In this document: one piece after another, positions 9,171-19,889 of the stretch
Position numbering within the stretch: the first letter of the stretch is position 1
Layout of the letters: each line of letters opens with the position of its first letter
Assembly (NCBI GenBank): GCA_003023785.1
Contig: PXRS01000077.1
Location: forward strand, 57,033 to 121,032
DNA: 64,000 nucleotides
Reading direction: 5' to 3'
Source: Halobacteriales archaeon QS_5_68_33
GTDB lineage: Archaea > Halobacteriota > Halobacteria > Halobacteriales > Haloarculaceae
The notes under the pieces: generated by a model
Seen by the model: only the letters and a program-made list of their open reading frames with translations
The model's database searches: none
What the model was told of the DNA's origin: nothing
Position numbers and translations under genes: made by a program

Positions 9171-9620
9171 ATGGAGTACCACGAAGCGGTGAACCGGCTG
9201 GAGCGGTTGCGGCGGCTCCGGCCCAAGCTGGGGACCGAGACGACCGCCGCGCTCCTGGCGCACCTGGACGACCCCCACGAGGACCTGACCTGGGTACAGG
9301 TCGCCGGGTCGAACGGCAAGGGGAGCACGGCGCGCGTACTCGGTCGGATCCTCCGCGAGGCGGGCCTCTCGGTCGGGTGTTACACCTCGCCGGACCTGAA
9401 CGACCTCCGGGAGCGCGCCACCGTCCGGGGGCAGCCAATTCCGAAGGCCGAGGTGTGCGGGTTCGTCGGGGCGGCCTGGCCGTTCGTCGTCGACCGCGGC
9501 GCGACCATCGTCGACGTCGGCGGCGAGTCGACGCGGCCGGGCGCCGACATGCTCGACGACGTCACCGGTCTCGAAGACGCCGCGATGCGCCGCGTCGTCG
9601 CCACCGCCGGCAACGAGTAG
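9171..9620 (+). pseudogene. folC-folP fusion remnant with large in-frame internal deletions
   Basis: FolC N-terminus (VAGSNGKGST, YTSP) is joined directly to FolP pieces IVDVGGESTRPGA and DDVTGLED; only 149 aa. Confidence 0.8.
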
Positions 9621-9989
9621 CGCGAAACTCGAAAAACACGAAAACTGATGTTTTGTGAACGGCGGTTCGACGACCGGTCCGTCCCGACGGTCCCCGTCGT
9701 CGTTCCCGCGGGCGTCTCGCCGGACGTGGGCCGGAAAAACGGACGACCACGCCACACAGGTGCAAAATTCGGACACCCGGACGCGGTCCGGAAGCCACGG
9801 ACCTCCGCACACGCGGTCGTCCGCGTTCGCTCGTCGTGTAACGGAACTGTCGGTAAGGCTGTCATTTAATATCGGACAGCACTTCCCTCGAAAAACGAGC
9901 ATGAAACTGACAGGAACGCCGGCCGCGCGGGCCGTCGACAGTGCAACGAACGGCGGCGACCGAACGACACACGCCGGGGGGCGAGGCCG

Positions 9990-12518
9990 ATGAGCGGCGA
10001 CCTCCCGGACCACGCGCGGACCGTGGTCCTCGGCGCCGGCATCGTCGGGAACAGCCTGACCTACCACCTCGCGGAGCAGGGTCGCGACGACATCCTGCTG
10101 GTCGACAAGGGGCCCCTCCCCGACCCCGGGGGCTCGACCGGGCACGCCTCGAACTTCCTGATGCCCGTCGAGCACTCCAAGGAGATGACCCACCTCACGC
10201 GCGAGAGCATCGAGCAGTACAAGGACATGGACACGTTCGTCAACAGCGGCGGGATCGAGCTGGCCCGCACCGACGAACGCGTCGCGGAGCTCGAGCGCCG
10301 CGTCCAGTCGGCGAAGTCCTGGGGCGAACCGGCCGAACTGCTCACCCCCGAGGAGGTCGAGGAGCTCGTCCCCTACGTCAACACGGACATCGTCAAGGGC
10401 GGATTCTACAGCAAGGGCGCGGGGACCTGCGACCCGCTCCGGGCCGGCGAGGTGATGCGGGCCCGCGCCGACCACGCGACCGAGGGCGGCCTGACGGTCT
10501 CGCCCAACACCGAAGTGCTCGACATGCACGTCGAGGCCGGCGAAATCCAGGCCGTGAAGACCGACCGCGGGACCGTCACCGCCGACGAGGTCGTCATCGC
10601 CGCCGGGCTCTGGAGCCCGAAACTCGCGGCGATGGCGGGCGTCGAGATCCCGCTCACGCCGGCGGTCCACCAGCTCATCAGCGTCGGGCCGATCTCCTAC
10701 TTCGAGGACTACGAGGGCGAGATCTCGTTCCCCGTGGTCCGGGACATGGACACCCAGATGTACGAGCGCCAGCACGGCAACGACATGGAGGTGGGCTCCT
10801 ACCAGCACCGGCCCATCCTCTGGGACGTCGAGGACATCCCCTCGATCGACGAGGCGCCCCTCTCGCCGACCCAGCCACCCCTCACGGACGACGCCTTCGA
10901 GCAGTCCATGGAGAACGCCCTGGAGATCGTCCCCGAACTGCTCGACGACCCGGAGGCCGGCGTCCGCCACGAGATCGACGGCCTGCTGTCGGTGACGCCC
11001 GACGGCGCGCCGCTGCTTGGCCCGCTCCAGGACGTCGAGGGACTGTGGTCGGCCGCCGCCGTCTGGATCAAGGAGGCGCCGGCCATCGGCGAGGCCCTCG
11101 CCCAGTGGATGACGCGGGGCTGGTCGGACATCGACCTCCACAGCTCGAACGTCAACCGGTTCAAGGAGTGGGGCACCTCCCGCGAGTTCGTCAAGGACCG
11201 CGCCCACGAGGGTTACCGGAAGATCTACGGCATCGTCCACCCCCGCGAGCAGTGGCAGTCCTCGCGCCCCCTGCGGACGAGCGCCTTCTACCACCGCCAG
11301 GACGACCTCGACGCCCGCTTTTTCCAGGCCGGCGGCTGGGAGCGCCCCCAGTGGTACGACTCCAACGAGGACCTCGTCCGGCGCTACAACGAGGAACTCG
11401 ACGGCCTCCTGCGGGCCAACGAGTGGGACTCCCGGTGGTGGTCGCCGGTCATCCTCGGCGAGCACCTGCACATGCGCGACAAGGTGGCCATGGTCGGGGA
11501 CATGGGCTTTGCCATCTTCGACCTGCTGGGACCGGGCGCGACCGAGTACGCCGAGAGGATGGCGGTCGGCCGGATGGACGTCGACGTCGGCAAGTCCGTC
11601 TACACGCCGGTCCTCGCGCCCAACGGCGGGTTCGTCTCGGACCTTTCCATCGTCCGGATGGGCGAGAACCACTACCGGGTCATCACCGGCGGCTCCGTCC
11701 AGGGACCGGACAAGGCGCACTTCCGCTCGCACCTGCCCGAGGACGGCTCGGTCCAGCTGGTCGACCGGTCCTCCCAGCTCTGCACGCTCGGCGTCTGGGG
11801 ACCCGACGCGCGGGACGTGGTCGACCCCGTCACCGAGGAGGACATGTCCCACGAGGCGTTCGCCCCCTACACCGCCCAGCACGTGACCATCGGCGAGGTC
11901 GACGCCTGGGCGCTCCGAATATCGTACGTCGGCGAGCAGGGCTGGGAGATCTACGCCCCGATGGACCAGGCCGAGCGGCTCTGGGACACCCTCTACGAGG
12001 CCGGCCAGGACCACGACATCCGCCCCGTCGGCATGGGCGTCTACGGGACGACCGGCCGCATGGAGAAGGGGTATCGCCTCTACGGGCACGAACTCGAACT
12101 GGAGTACACGCCCGCCGAGGCCGGCCTGACCTTCCACGGCGTCAAGGACGCCGACTTCGTCGGGAAGGAGGCCTACGCCGCCGGTATCGACGAGGAGAAC
12201 GCGGCGACGCTGTGTACGCTCTCGGTCGACGACCACCGCTCCGAGGACGGCGACCGCCGGTTCATGCTCGGGAACGAACCCGTCCTCGACGACGGCGAGG
12301 TGCTCGTCGACGACGAGGGCCGCCGGTCGTACGTCACAAGCGCCGGCACCGGGCCCACCGTCGGCAAGCACCTCCTGATGGCGTATCTCCCCCGGGAGTA
12401 CGCCGAGGAGGGGCGGGGCCTCCAGGTCGAGTACATGGGCGAACGGTACCCGGTGACGGTCGAGGTGGCCGGCAGCCGGCCGCTGTTCGACCCCGAAAAC
12501 GAGCGGATACGGAGCTAA
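9990..12518 (+). CDS. dimethylglycine/sarcosine dehydrogenase-like flavoprotein (FAD domain plus GcvT folate-binding domain)
   Basis: GAGIVG FAD motif, GSTGHA, GWERP, RISYVGEQGWEIY, RMEKGY, FDPENERIR. Confidence 0.9.
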   Translation: MSGDLPDHARTVVLGAGIVGNSLTYHLAEQGRDDILLVDKGPLPDPGGSTGHASNFLMPVEHSKEMTHLTRESIEQYKDMDTFVNSGGIELARTDERVAELERRVQSAKSWGEPAELLTPEEVEELVPYVNTDIVKGGFYSKGAGTCDPLRAGEVMRARADHATEGGLTVSPNTEVLDMHVEAGEIQAVKTDRGTVTADEVVIAAGLWSPKLAAMAGVEIPLTPAVHQLISVGPISYFEDYEGEISFPVVRDMDTQMYERQHGNDMEVGSYQHRPILWDVEDIPSIDEAPLSPTQPPLTDDAFEQSMENALEIVPELLDDPEAGVRHEIDGLLSVTPDGAPLLGPLQDVEGLWSAAAVWIKEAPAIGEALAQWMTRGWSDIDLHSSNVNRFKEWGTSREFVKDRAHEGYRKIYGIVHPREQWQSSRPLRTSAFYHRQDDLDARFFQAGGWERPQWYDSNEDLVRRYNEELDGLLRANEWDSRWWSPVILGEHLHMRDKVAMVGDMGFAIFDLLGPGATEYAERMAVGRMDVDVGKSVYTPVLAPNGGFVSDLSIVRMGENHYRVITGGSVQGPDKAHFRSHLPEDGSVQLVDRSSQLCTLGVWGPDARDVVDPVTEEDMSHEAFAPYTAQHVTIGEVDAWALRISYVGEQGWEIYAPMDQAERLWDTLYEAGQDHDIRPVGMGVYGTTGRMEKGYRLYGHELELEYTPAEAGLTFHGVKDADFVGKEAYAAGIDEENAATLCTLSVDDHRSEDGDRRFMLGNEPVLDDGEVLVDDEGRRSYVTSAGTGPTVGKHLLMAYLPREYAEEGRGLQVEYMGERYPVTVEVAGSRPLFDPENERIRS

Positions 12519-12520
12519 GC

Positions 12521-13285
12521 ATGGACGTGCTCGCCTGCATCAAGCGCGTCCCGGACACGGGGGCGAAGATCGTCCTGACCGACGACGGGCAGGACATCGA
12601 CACCAGCAGCCTCGGCTTCACGATGAGCCCCCACGAGGAGTGTGCCATCGAGGAGGCCATCCAGCAGGTCGAGGAACACGGCGGGTCGACGACGGTGCTG
12701 ACGCTCGGTCCCGGGGACGCCGACGAGCAGCTGCGCACCGGCCTCGCGATGGGCGTCGACCGCGCGACCCACCTGGAGACCGACGGCGAGGAGTGGAGTC
12801 CCCGCGCGACCGCGAACGCCATCGCCGACGCGGTGCGCGACGAGGACCGGGAGTTCGACCTCCTGTTTTTCGGCAACGAGTCGGCCGACACCGCCAACTA
12901 CCAGGTGGGCGTCCGCGTCGCCCGCGAGCTCGGCCTGCCCTGCGTCGCGGGCATCAAGACCCTCGACGTCGCCGACGGGACCGCCGTCGCCAGGCGCGAG
13001 GTCTCGGGCGGCGAGGAGGTCTACGAACTCGACCTGCCCGCCGTGATATCGGTCAAGGAGGGGATCAACGAACCGCGGTACGCCTCGATGCGGGCGAAGA
13101 TGCAGGCCCGCCGCGAGGAGGTACCCGCCGAGACGCCCGACCACACCGAGGGGCCGGGCGCCTTCGAGAAGGTCCGCCTCGAAACGCCGGCGGGCGACGA
13201 CTCCGACGCCGAGATCCTCGGCGAGGGACCGGCGGCGGTCCCGAACGTGGTCGAGGTGCTCGGAGACGACGTGGAGGTGCTCTGA
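12521..13285 (+). CDS. etfB: electron transfer flavoprotein beta subunit
   Basis: [26 protein letters not shown]. Confidence 0.92.
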   Translation: MDVLACIKRVPDTGAKIVLTDDGQDIDTSSLGFTMSPHEECAIEEAIQQVEEHGGSTTVLTLGPGDADEQLRTGLAMGVDRATHLETDGEEWSPRATANAIADAVRDEDREFDLLFFGNESADTANYQVGVRVARELGLPCVAGIKTLDVADGTAVARREVSGGEEVYELDLPAVISVKEGINEPRYASMRAKMQARREEVPAETPDHTEGPGAFEKVRLETPAGDDSDAEILGEGPAAVPNVVEVLGDDVEVL

Positions 13286-13286
13286 G

Positions 13287-14252
13287 ATGGTGCTCGCGTT
13301 CGTCGAACACGAGGCCGGCGACCCCGCCGAGACGTCGCTGGAGGCGCTCTCGTTCGCCCGCGAACTCGCGGCAGACACCGACACCGACCTCTCGGCGGCC
13401 GTCTTCGGCGAGGAGGCCGCCGGGACGGCCGACGCGCTCGGCGACCACGGCGTCGCCGAGGTCCACCACGTCACGCACGACCGCCTCGACGGCTACGCGC
13501 CCCGGGCGTGGGGCGAAACGCTGGCACAGCTCGTGGAGGTCATGGACCCCGTCGCGCTCGTCGCGCCGGGGAGCGACCGCGGCCACGAGGCACTCGCCCA
13601 CGCCGGTGCGACGCTCGACCTGCCGGTGGTCGCCAACTGCACCGCCGCCGAGGTACCCGGCGCGACCGCCGAGAAGGCCGCCCCCGTGGCCGCCGACGGC
13701 GGTGTCGCGGCGGAGGGCGGCGCGGCGAGCGAGTGGCAGGTCACCCGCCACCGCTGGGGCGGCAGCCTCGCCGGGGAGGCCGCCGCGGCCACGGTCGAAC
13801 CGTTCGAACCCGACCTCGACGACCCCCAGTTCAGGGTGCAGGTCACCCGGACCGAGGAATCCGACGTCGAGGGCGTCCCGCTGGGCGAGGCGCGGGTCGT
13901 CGTCAGCGGCGGGCGCGGCGTCGGGAGCGCCGAGGACTTCGACCAACTCGAAGAACTGGCCGACCTGCTCGGCGGGGCGCTCGGGGCCTCCCGTGCGGCC
14001 GTCAACGAGGGCTGGCGGGCGCACGACGACCAGATCGGCCTCACGGGCGCGAAGATCAGCCCCGACATCTACATCCCCTGCGGGATCAGCGGCGCCGTCC
14101 AGCACATGGTCGGGTGCAAGGGCGCGAGCAACATCCTCGCGATCAACACCGACCCCGAGGCCGCGATCATCCAGAAGGCCGATTACGCCGTCATCGGCGA
14201 CCTCCACGAGGTCGTCCCCGAACTCAACGAGGCCCTCCGCGAGGAACAGTAG
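13287..14252 (+). CDS. etfA: electron transfer flavoprotein alpha subunit
   Basis: [39 protein letters not shown]. Confidence 0.92.
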   Translation: MVLAFVEHEAGDPAETSLEALSFARELAADTDTDLSAAVFGEEAAGTADALGDHGVAEVHHVTHDRLDGYAPRAWGETLAQLVEVMDPVALVAPGSDRGHEALAHAGATLDLPVVANCTAAEVPGATAEKAAPVAADGGVAAEGGAASEWQVTRHRWGGSLAGEAAAATVEPFEPDLDDPQFRVQVTRTEESDVEGVPLGEARVVVSGGRGVGSAEDFDQLEELADLLGGALGASRAAVNEGWRAHDDQIGLTGAKISPDIYIPCGISGAVQHMVGCKGASNILAINTDPEAAIIQKADYAVIGDLHEVVPELNEALREEQ

Positions 14253-14376
14253 TCGGGCACGACCCGGTCCACGACAGGTACGTATCCTGTCAATTCTCGT
14301 TTCGGGTCCGTCCCGCTGTCGTGTCGCAGCGTCACAGGACGGACCGGCGGTCGCTCATCCTGCCCCGGAACGACGG

Positions 14377-14943
14377 TCAGCCGTCGCGCTCGGAACCGAT
14401 CGTCCAGAGCGCCCGGGAGAGCGCCCACAGCGAACAGTCACACCGCTGCGCGACTCCGCGGCAGGTCCGGAGGTAGCGCTCGTACTCCTCGGCGGCGGGC
14501 GGGTCGGGGTAGGGCGCGTCGAGCTCGCCGGCGGCCCGGAGCGTCTCCCACTCGCGGCGGCTCGCGACGAGGTAACGCTGGGGGTGGAGGAAGGCGAGAA
14601 ACGCCGACCCGACCGGGACGTCGACGCCCGACAGCGCCGTCAGCGACCCGAGTTTCGCCGCCGTCCCGTCGGCCGCGACGGCGTCGGCGACGGCCCCGTG
14701 GACGGCTTCGTAGCTGTTCTCGCCGTAGCGTTCCTCGGCGGCCCGGCGGTCGGCGTCGGGGTAGGCACCGAGGTACCGGCGGTAGTACCACTGGACGACC
14801 CATTCGGCGTCCCGCCAGCCGAACTCGCCGCTCGCGAGCGCGTCGGGGAGCGTCTCGCGGTGCTCCGCCTCGACGGCGTAGAGCGGTTGCACCGTCTCGT
14901 AGGCGTCGGCCTTCCGGGCGACGAGGGCGGGCGTCAGGTCCAT
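14377..14943 (-). CDS. hypothetical protein (possible helix-hairpin-helix)
   Basis: MDLTPALV... acidic ORF containing LTALSGVDVPVGSAFL. Confidence 0.7.
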   Translation of the reverse strand: MDLTPALVARKADAYETVQPLYAVEAEHRETLPDALASGEFGWRDAEWVVQWYYRRYLGAYPDADRRAAEERYGENSYEAVHGAVADAVAADGTAAKLGSLTALSGVDVPVGSAFLAFLHPQRYLVASRREWETLRAAGELDAPYPDPPAAEEYERYLRTCRGVAQRCDCSLWALSRALWTIGSERDG

Positions 14944-15090
14944 CGCCCGGAACTCGACGGGCCATCGGCTTGATAGTTCCTCCGGCGGCGGGCACCCCGG
15001 CGGCCGCTCGCGTCGGTCCCGAGGCAAGATTCAAACCCGCCGGGGCTGAACCTTTGTCCACAATGATCCACGTTCAAGTGGGTGTCACGG

Positions 15091-17196
15091 ATGTCCAGTG
15101 ACGACGAGCCCGTCAAGACCATCTGCCCGTACTGCGGCGTCGGCTGCGGTATCAAGGTGAACCCCGGCGAGGAGCCGGGCGACATGCGGTTCATGCCGTG
15201 GGGGGACGCGCCGGTCAACGAGGGGCGGGTCTGCATCAAGGGCGGCGCGGCGACGGAGGTGGTCGACCACGAGGACCGCCTGACCGACCCCCTGATCAAG
15301 GAGGACGGCGAGTTCCGCGAGGCCTCCTGGGCGGAGGCCTACGACCTGGTCGTCGGCGAACTCGAGCGGATCCGCGAGGAGTACGAGCCCGACGCGATGG
15401 GCTTTTTCGGCTCCTCGAAGACGATGAACGAGGAGAACTACCTCCTCCAGAAACTGGCCCGGCGCTACGGGACCAACAACGTGGACAACTGCACCCGGAT
15501 GTGTCACGCCTCGACGGTGTGGGCGCTCCGGACGAGCCTGGGCGCGGGCGCGATGACCAACAGCATGGCCGACCTGCGCGAGGCGGCCGACGTCTTCTGG
15601 ATCCAGGGGGCAAACCCCGGCGAGCAACACCCCATCGCCAACAGCGTCTACTTCCGGCAGGCGGTCAACGAGGGCGCGACCGTCATCCAGGTCGACCCCC
15701 ACGCCAACAAGACGACGCGGTCGTTCAAGATAGACGAGACCGACCGCCACGTGCACCTCCAGCTCGAACCCGGGACGGACATCCCCCTGCTGAACGTCGT
15801 CCTCAAGACGGTTCTGGAGAACGGCTGGGTCGACGAGGAGTTCGTCGCGGAGCGCACCGAGGGGTTCGACCACCTCGAAGAGACCCTCGCGGACTTCGAC
15901 AAGGCGGCCGCCGCCGAGGAGTGTGGCGTCCCCCTCGAAGACATCGAGGCTGCCGCGGAGACGTACGCCACGGCCGAGAACGCGGCCATCTTCACCGGGA
16001 TGGGGATGAGCCAGCACACCTGCGGCGTCGACAACGTGCAAAACGAGATCAACCTCGCGCTGGTGACGGGTAACCTCGGACGGCCGGGCACCGGCGTCAA
16101 CCCGCTGCGCGGCCAGAACAACGTCCAGGGGACGTGTGACGTGGGCGCGATGCCGAACGTCCTCCCGGGCTACCAGCTCGTCGACGACGACGAGGCCCGC
16201 GAGTCCGTCGAGGACGTCTGGGGCTTCGAGGTTCCGGACGAGCCCGGGCTGACGAACGTCGAGATATCCCACGAGGCGGGCGAGTCGATCCACGGGCTGT
16301 ACATCATGGGCGAAAACCCCGTGATGTCCGAACCCGACGGCAACCGCGTCGAGGAACGTCTGCAGGAGTTGGAGTTCATCGTCGCCCAGGACATCTTCAT
16401 GACCGAGACGGCCAAATACGCCGACGTGGTCCTCCCGGCGACGACCTGGGCCGAGCGCGGCGGCACCGTCACGAACACCGACCGGCGCGTCCAGCTGATG
16501 CGCCCCGTCGAGAAGGTCCACGAGAACACGAAACACGACCTCGACATCCTCACCGAAGTGGGCACCCGCCTGTTCGGCGACCCCTTCGACTTCGCGGACG
16601 TCGAGGCGGTGTTCGAGGAACTCCGGCAGGTCTGTCCCAGCTACCACGGGATGACCTACGACGCGCTCGACGAGGCGGGGATCCAGTGGCCCTGCTACGA
16701 GCCCGGCGACGAGGGCGACCAGTACCTCTACGAGGACGGCTTCGAGACCGACAGCGGCCTCGGGCAGATCGAGGGCGTGCGCCACCAGGAACCCGAGGAG
16801 ACACCCGACGAGGAGTACCCGCTCATCCTGACGACGGCGCGACTGGAAGAGCACTACAACACGGGGACGATGAGCCGGCGCTCGCCGACGCTGAAGCGCC
16901 AGTACCCCGGGAACTTCGTCGACGTCCACCCGAACGACGCCGAGCGCTACGGCATCGAGGACGGCCAGGAGATCCGGCTCGAATCCCGACGCGGCGAGAT
17001 CACCGTCGAGGCGCACGTCACCGAGGACATCAAGGAGGGGTCGGTCTGGACGACGCCCCACTTCGCGGCCGCCTCCGCCAACCGTCTGACCAACGACGTG
17101 CTCGACGAGCGCGCCAAGATCCCCGAGTACAAGGCCGCCGCCGCCGAGATAGAGGTCGACATCGAACCGACGGACGCCGCACCCGCCGACGACTAG
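15091..17196 (+). CDS. fdhF: cytoplasmic formate dehydrogenase alpha subunit (FdhF-like, Cys ligand)
   Basis: CPYCGVGC...C [4Fe-4S] motif, NCTRMCH, PLRGQNNVQG, ADVVLPA, IPEYK; no signal peptide. Confidence 0.92.
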   Translation: MSSDDEPVKTICPYCGVGCGIKVNPGEEPGDMRFMPWGDAPVNEGRVCIKGGAATEVVDHEDRLTDPLIKEDGEFREASWAEAYDLVVGELERIREEYEPDAMGFFGSSKTMNEENYLLQKLARRYGTNNVDNCTRMCHASTVWALRTSLGAGAMTNSMADLREAADVFWIQGANPGEQHPIANSVYFRQAVNEGATVIQVDPHANKTTRSFKIDETDRHVHLQLEPGTDIPLLNVVLKTVLENGWVDEEFVAERTEGFDHLEETLADFDKAAAAEECGVPLEDIEAAAETYATAENAAIFTGMGMSQHTCGVDNVQNEINLALVTGNLGRPGTGVNPLRGQNNVQGTCDVGAMPNVLPGYQLVDDDEARESVEDVWGFEVPDEPGLTNVEISHEAGESIHGLYIMGENPVMSEPDGNRVEERLQELEFIVAQDIFMTETAKYADVVLPATTWAERGGTVTNTDRRVQLMRPVEKVHENTKHDLDILTEVGTRLFGDPFDFADVEAVFEELRQVCPSYHGMTYDALDEAGIQWPCYEPGDEGDQYLYEDGFETDSGLGQIEGVRHQEPEETPDEEYPLILTTARLEEHYNTGTMSRRSPTLKRQYPGNFVDVHPNDAERYGIEDGQEIRLESRRGEITVEAHVTEDIKEGSVWTTPHFAAASANRLTNDVLDERAKIPEYKAAAAEIEVDIEPTDAAPADD

Positions 17197-17320
17197 CGGC
17201 CGGCGACGGCGCACCGCTCCCTGCGGTGGCGTCTCCCCGACCGCAGGACCCCGCTCGCCGGTGGTTCCGACGGAGGACCGGGACAACCCTTTTGCTCGCC
17301 GCCGCCCGTACTGACGCGTG

Positions 17321-19072
17321 ATGACACTCCGCACACCCCGGCGTCTGCTCCGGGTCGACCTCTCGGCGGGGTCGGTCGAGAGCGTCCCGGTGCCCGACGC
17401 GTGGCGCCGCCGCTACGTCGGCGGCAAGGGCCTGGGCGCCCGCTATCTCTACGAGGAACTCGACGCCGGGACGGACCCGCTGGGCCCCGATAACGCCCTC
17501 CTCTTCCTGCTCGGGCCGGTGTCGGGGCTGCTCCCCGGGGAGTCGCGCTACGCCGCCGTCACGAAGTCGCCGCTTACGGGCGGCTTCCTCGACTCCTACG
17601 CCGGCGGGACGTTCCCCGAGACGCTCGCCGGCGCGCTCGCCGACCACGTCGGGGTCCTGGTCACGGGCGCGGCGTCCGAGCCCGTCAGGCTGGCGGTCGA
17701 AGCCGACGGCGCGACGCTCGAGCCGGCCGGGACGTGGGGCGCTGACACCGCCGAGACGGCAGCGGCGTTTCCCGACGCGGCCGTCGCCTGCATCGGCCCG
17801 GCGGGCGAAAAGCGGGTCAGGTACGCGACCATCGCCTCGGACGCCGGCGAACACCACGCCGGCCGCGGCGGGGCGGGCGCGGTCATGGGCGCGAAGCGCC
17901 TGAAGGCCGTCGTTGTCCGGGGCGACCCGCCCGAGGGCCTCGACGCGCTCCGCGAGGAGTACGCCGACCGCTACCGCGAGGGCGACACCGGGCGGTGGCT
18001 CGGGGCCAGCGGCACCGTCGAGACGGTCGATTTCGCCAACGCCGTCGGCGCGCTCTCGACCAGGGGCTGGCAGGCCACCGAGTTCGCGGCCGCCGACGAC
18101 GTCGGCATCGACGCCGTCCGGGAGCAGGCCCACGACCGGGAGCACGACGGCGACGACCCGCGGGGCTTCCGGGTCGACACCGACGAGGGCGAAACGGTCC
18201 CGCGCGGCGCGACGGCGATGTCCCTGGGCGCCGGACTGGGCATCGAGGAGTTCGACGCCGTCGCCGCGCTGGGCGAGACCTGCAACCGCCTGGGGGTCGA
18301 CCTCATCAGCGCCGGGAGCGCGGTCGCGTGGGCGGTCCGCGCGGGCGAGGAGGGACTGCTCGACCGTGGCCTGCGCTTCGGCGACCCCGAGGGCGCGCGG
18401 GCGCTGCTGGGCGAGATCGCGGGACGCGAAACGGAACTCGGGGACGCGCTGGCCGACGGCGTCGACGCCGCCGCCGAGCGGTACGGCGGTTCGGGACTGG
18501 TCCCGACGGTCAAGGCGATGGAACTGCCCGCCTACGACCCGCGGGGCGCCCACAGCATGGCGCTGGCCTACGCGACGAGCGACCGCGGGGCCTGTCACCG
18601 GCGGGCCCGGACCGTCGAGCGCGAGGTGTTCGACGGCGGCTGGAGTGCGAAGCGGGCCGCGCGGGCGGTCGCCGACGAGCAGAACCAGCGGTCGGTGCTC
18701 TGGAGCCTCGTCGTCGACGACTTCGTCGGTGACGTCTTCGCGGACCTGGGGGCCGAATGGCTCGACGCGGTCGGCCTCGACACCGAGGGCGACCTGGAGA
18801 CGGTCGGCGAGCGCATCTGGACGCTGACCCGCCTGTTCAACGTCCGCGAGGGGGTCTCGCGGGCCGACGACGAACTCCCGCCGGCGCTCCGGGCCGCGCC
18901 CGACGGGCCCGGCGAGGGGGTCGACCCCGGGCGGTTCGACGCGATGCTCGACGCCTACTACGGGATCCGGGGGTGGGGACCGGACGGCCGGCCGACGCGG
19001 GCGACGGTCGAGCGACTCGGCCTCGCGGCGGCCGTCGACGGGGAGACGACGCTCGCGACCACACAGCCATGA
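17321..19072 (+). CDS. aldehyde:ferredoxin oxidoreductase family protein with degenerate motifs
   Basis: LLRVDLS, GGKGLG, KSPLTG, IGPAGE, GRGGAGAVMGAKRLKA, YDPRG, RGACH present; CxxCxxxC and EYET not seen. Confidence 0.85.
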   Translation: MTLRTPRRLLRVDLSAGSVESVPVPDAWRRRYVGGKGLGARYLYEELDAGTDPLGPDNALLFLLGPVSGLLPGESRYAAVTKSPLTGGFLDSYAGGTFPETLAGALADHVGVLVTGAASEPVRLAVEADGATLEPAGTWGADTAETAAAFPDAAVACIGPAGEKRVRYATIASDAGEHHAGRGGAGAVMGAKRLKAVVVRGDPPEGLDALREEYADRYREGDTGRWLGASGTVETVDFANAVGALSTRGWQATEFAAADDVGIDAVREQAHDREHDGDDPRGFRVDTDEGETVPRGATAMSLGAGLGIEEFDAVAALGETCNRLGVDLISAGSAVAWAVRAGEEGLLDRGLRFGDPEGARALLGEIAGRETELGDALADGVDAAAERYGGSGLVPTVKAMELPAYDPRGAHSMALAYATSDRGACHRRARTVEREVFDGGWSAKRAARAVADEQNQRSVLWSLVVDDFVGDVFADLGAEWLDAVGLDTEGDLETVGERIWTLTRLFNVREGVSRADDELPPALRAAPDGPGEGVDPGRFDAMLDAYYGIRGWGPDGRPTRATVERLGLAAAVDGETTLATTQP

Positions 19073-19851
19073 CAGACAGGATCGACCTCGACGAGATGGG
19101 CGGCGAGTCGGACGAGCGACCGGACGCGAACCACGGCGACTGGTTCTGGCGCGACGAGGGCGACCCCGACGCCGAACCCGACCCCGGCGAGGGGTGGCTG
19201 GACGCCGCCGGAACCGGCGGTGTCGACGATGCCGGGGGCGCCGAGGGGGACGCGGACGACGGGATGGAGCGCGACCGCGACCCGGTACCGGGCGTCCCGC
19301 GGTCGAACCGGGACCGCCCGGTCGGCGTCCCGGTCGAGGGCGGCGGCGCCGGCGGTGGTGGCGGGACCGCCGGGACGAACGATGCCGGCGCGGGAGACAC
19401 CGCGGACGCCGCGGCCGACCCGGCAACAGGCGAGGCGGGAACGGCGAGCGGGCCACACGGCGGGGGCGCAGACGACATGACGCTCGCGCTGACCTACGAG
19501 GCCGCACAGCGACTCGCGGACCCGCGGCTCGCGGTCATCGAGGCCAAGTCGTGGACCGACTGGATCGGCATCGTCGGTGACGTGCCGGCCTACGAGATAA
19601 ACCGCTTCCAGCGCGAACACGAGATCGACGTCGATTTCTTCAGCGGCGCCGGCCAGGAACCGGCCGAGCGCCTCGCCGACGTCGACGAACACTCGATGTT
19701 CTACGCCGAGCGGATGGCGCTGGTCGGCCTCACCGGCGAGGCGGGCATCGCCGAGCGCGCGGGCTGGGAGTTCGTCCCCCTCGAGACGGCCGCCGAGCAG
19801 GCCGACTGGGAGGTGACCGACGCCGAGAACGACCGGTCGGTGGCGGAGTAG
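19069..19851 (+). CDS. hypothetical protein with acidic low-complexity N-terminus
   Basis: MTDRIDLDE...; folded C-terminal domain MTLALTYEAA...WIGIVGD...GWEF; overlaps the upstream stop (ATGA). Confidence 0.75.
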   Translation: MTDRIDLDEMGGESDERPDANHGDWFWRDEGDPDAEPDPGEGWLDAAGTGGVDDAGGAEGDADDGMERDRDPVPGVPRSNRDRPVGVPVEGGGAGGGGGTAGTNDAGAGDTADAAADPATGEAGTASGPHGGGADDMTLALTYEAAQRLADPRLAVIEAKSWTDWIGIVGDVPAYEINRFQREHEIDVDFFSGAGQEPAERLADVDEHSMFYAERMALVGLTGEAGIAERAGWEFVPLETAAEQADWEVTDAENDRSVAE

Positions 19852-19889
19852 GGGGAACTTTTAGGAGGATGTCACGCGTTACCACGACC

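Noticed and set aside
9941..13285. 1114-aa dehydrogenase-EtfB fusion suggested by the ORF track
   Set aside because: The upstream part is an off-frame shadow; etfB has its own ATG at 12521 after the TAA ending at 12518
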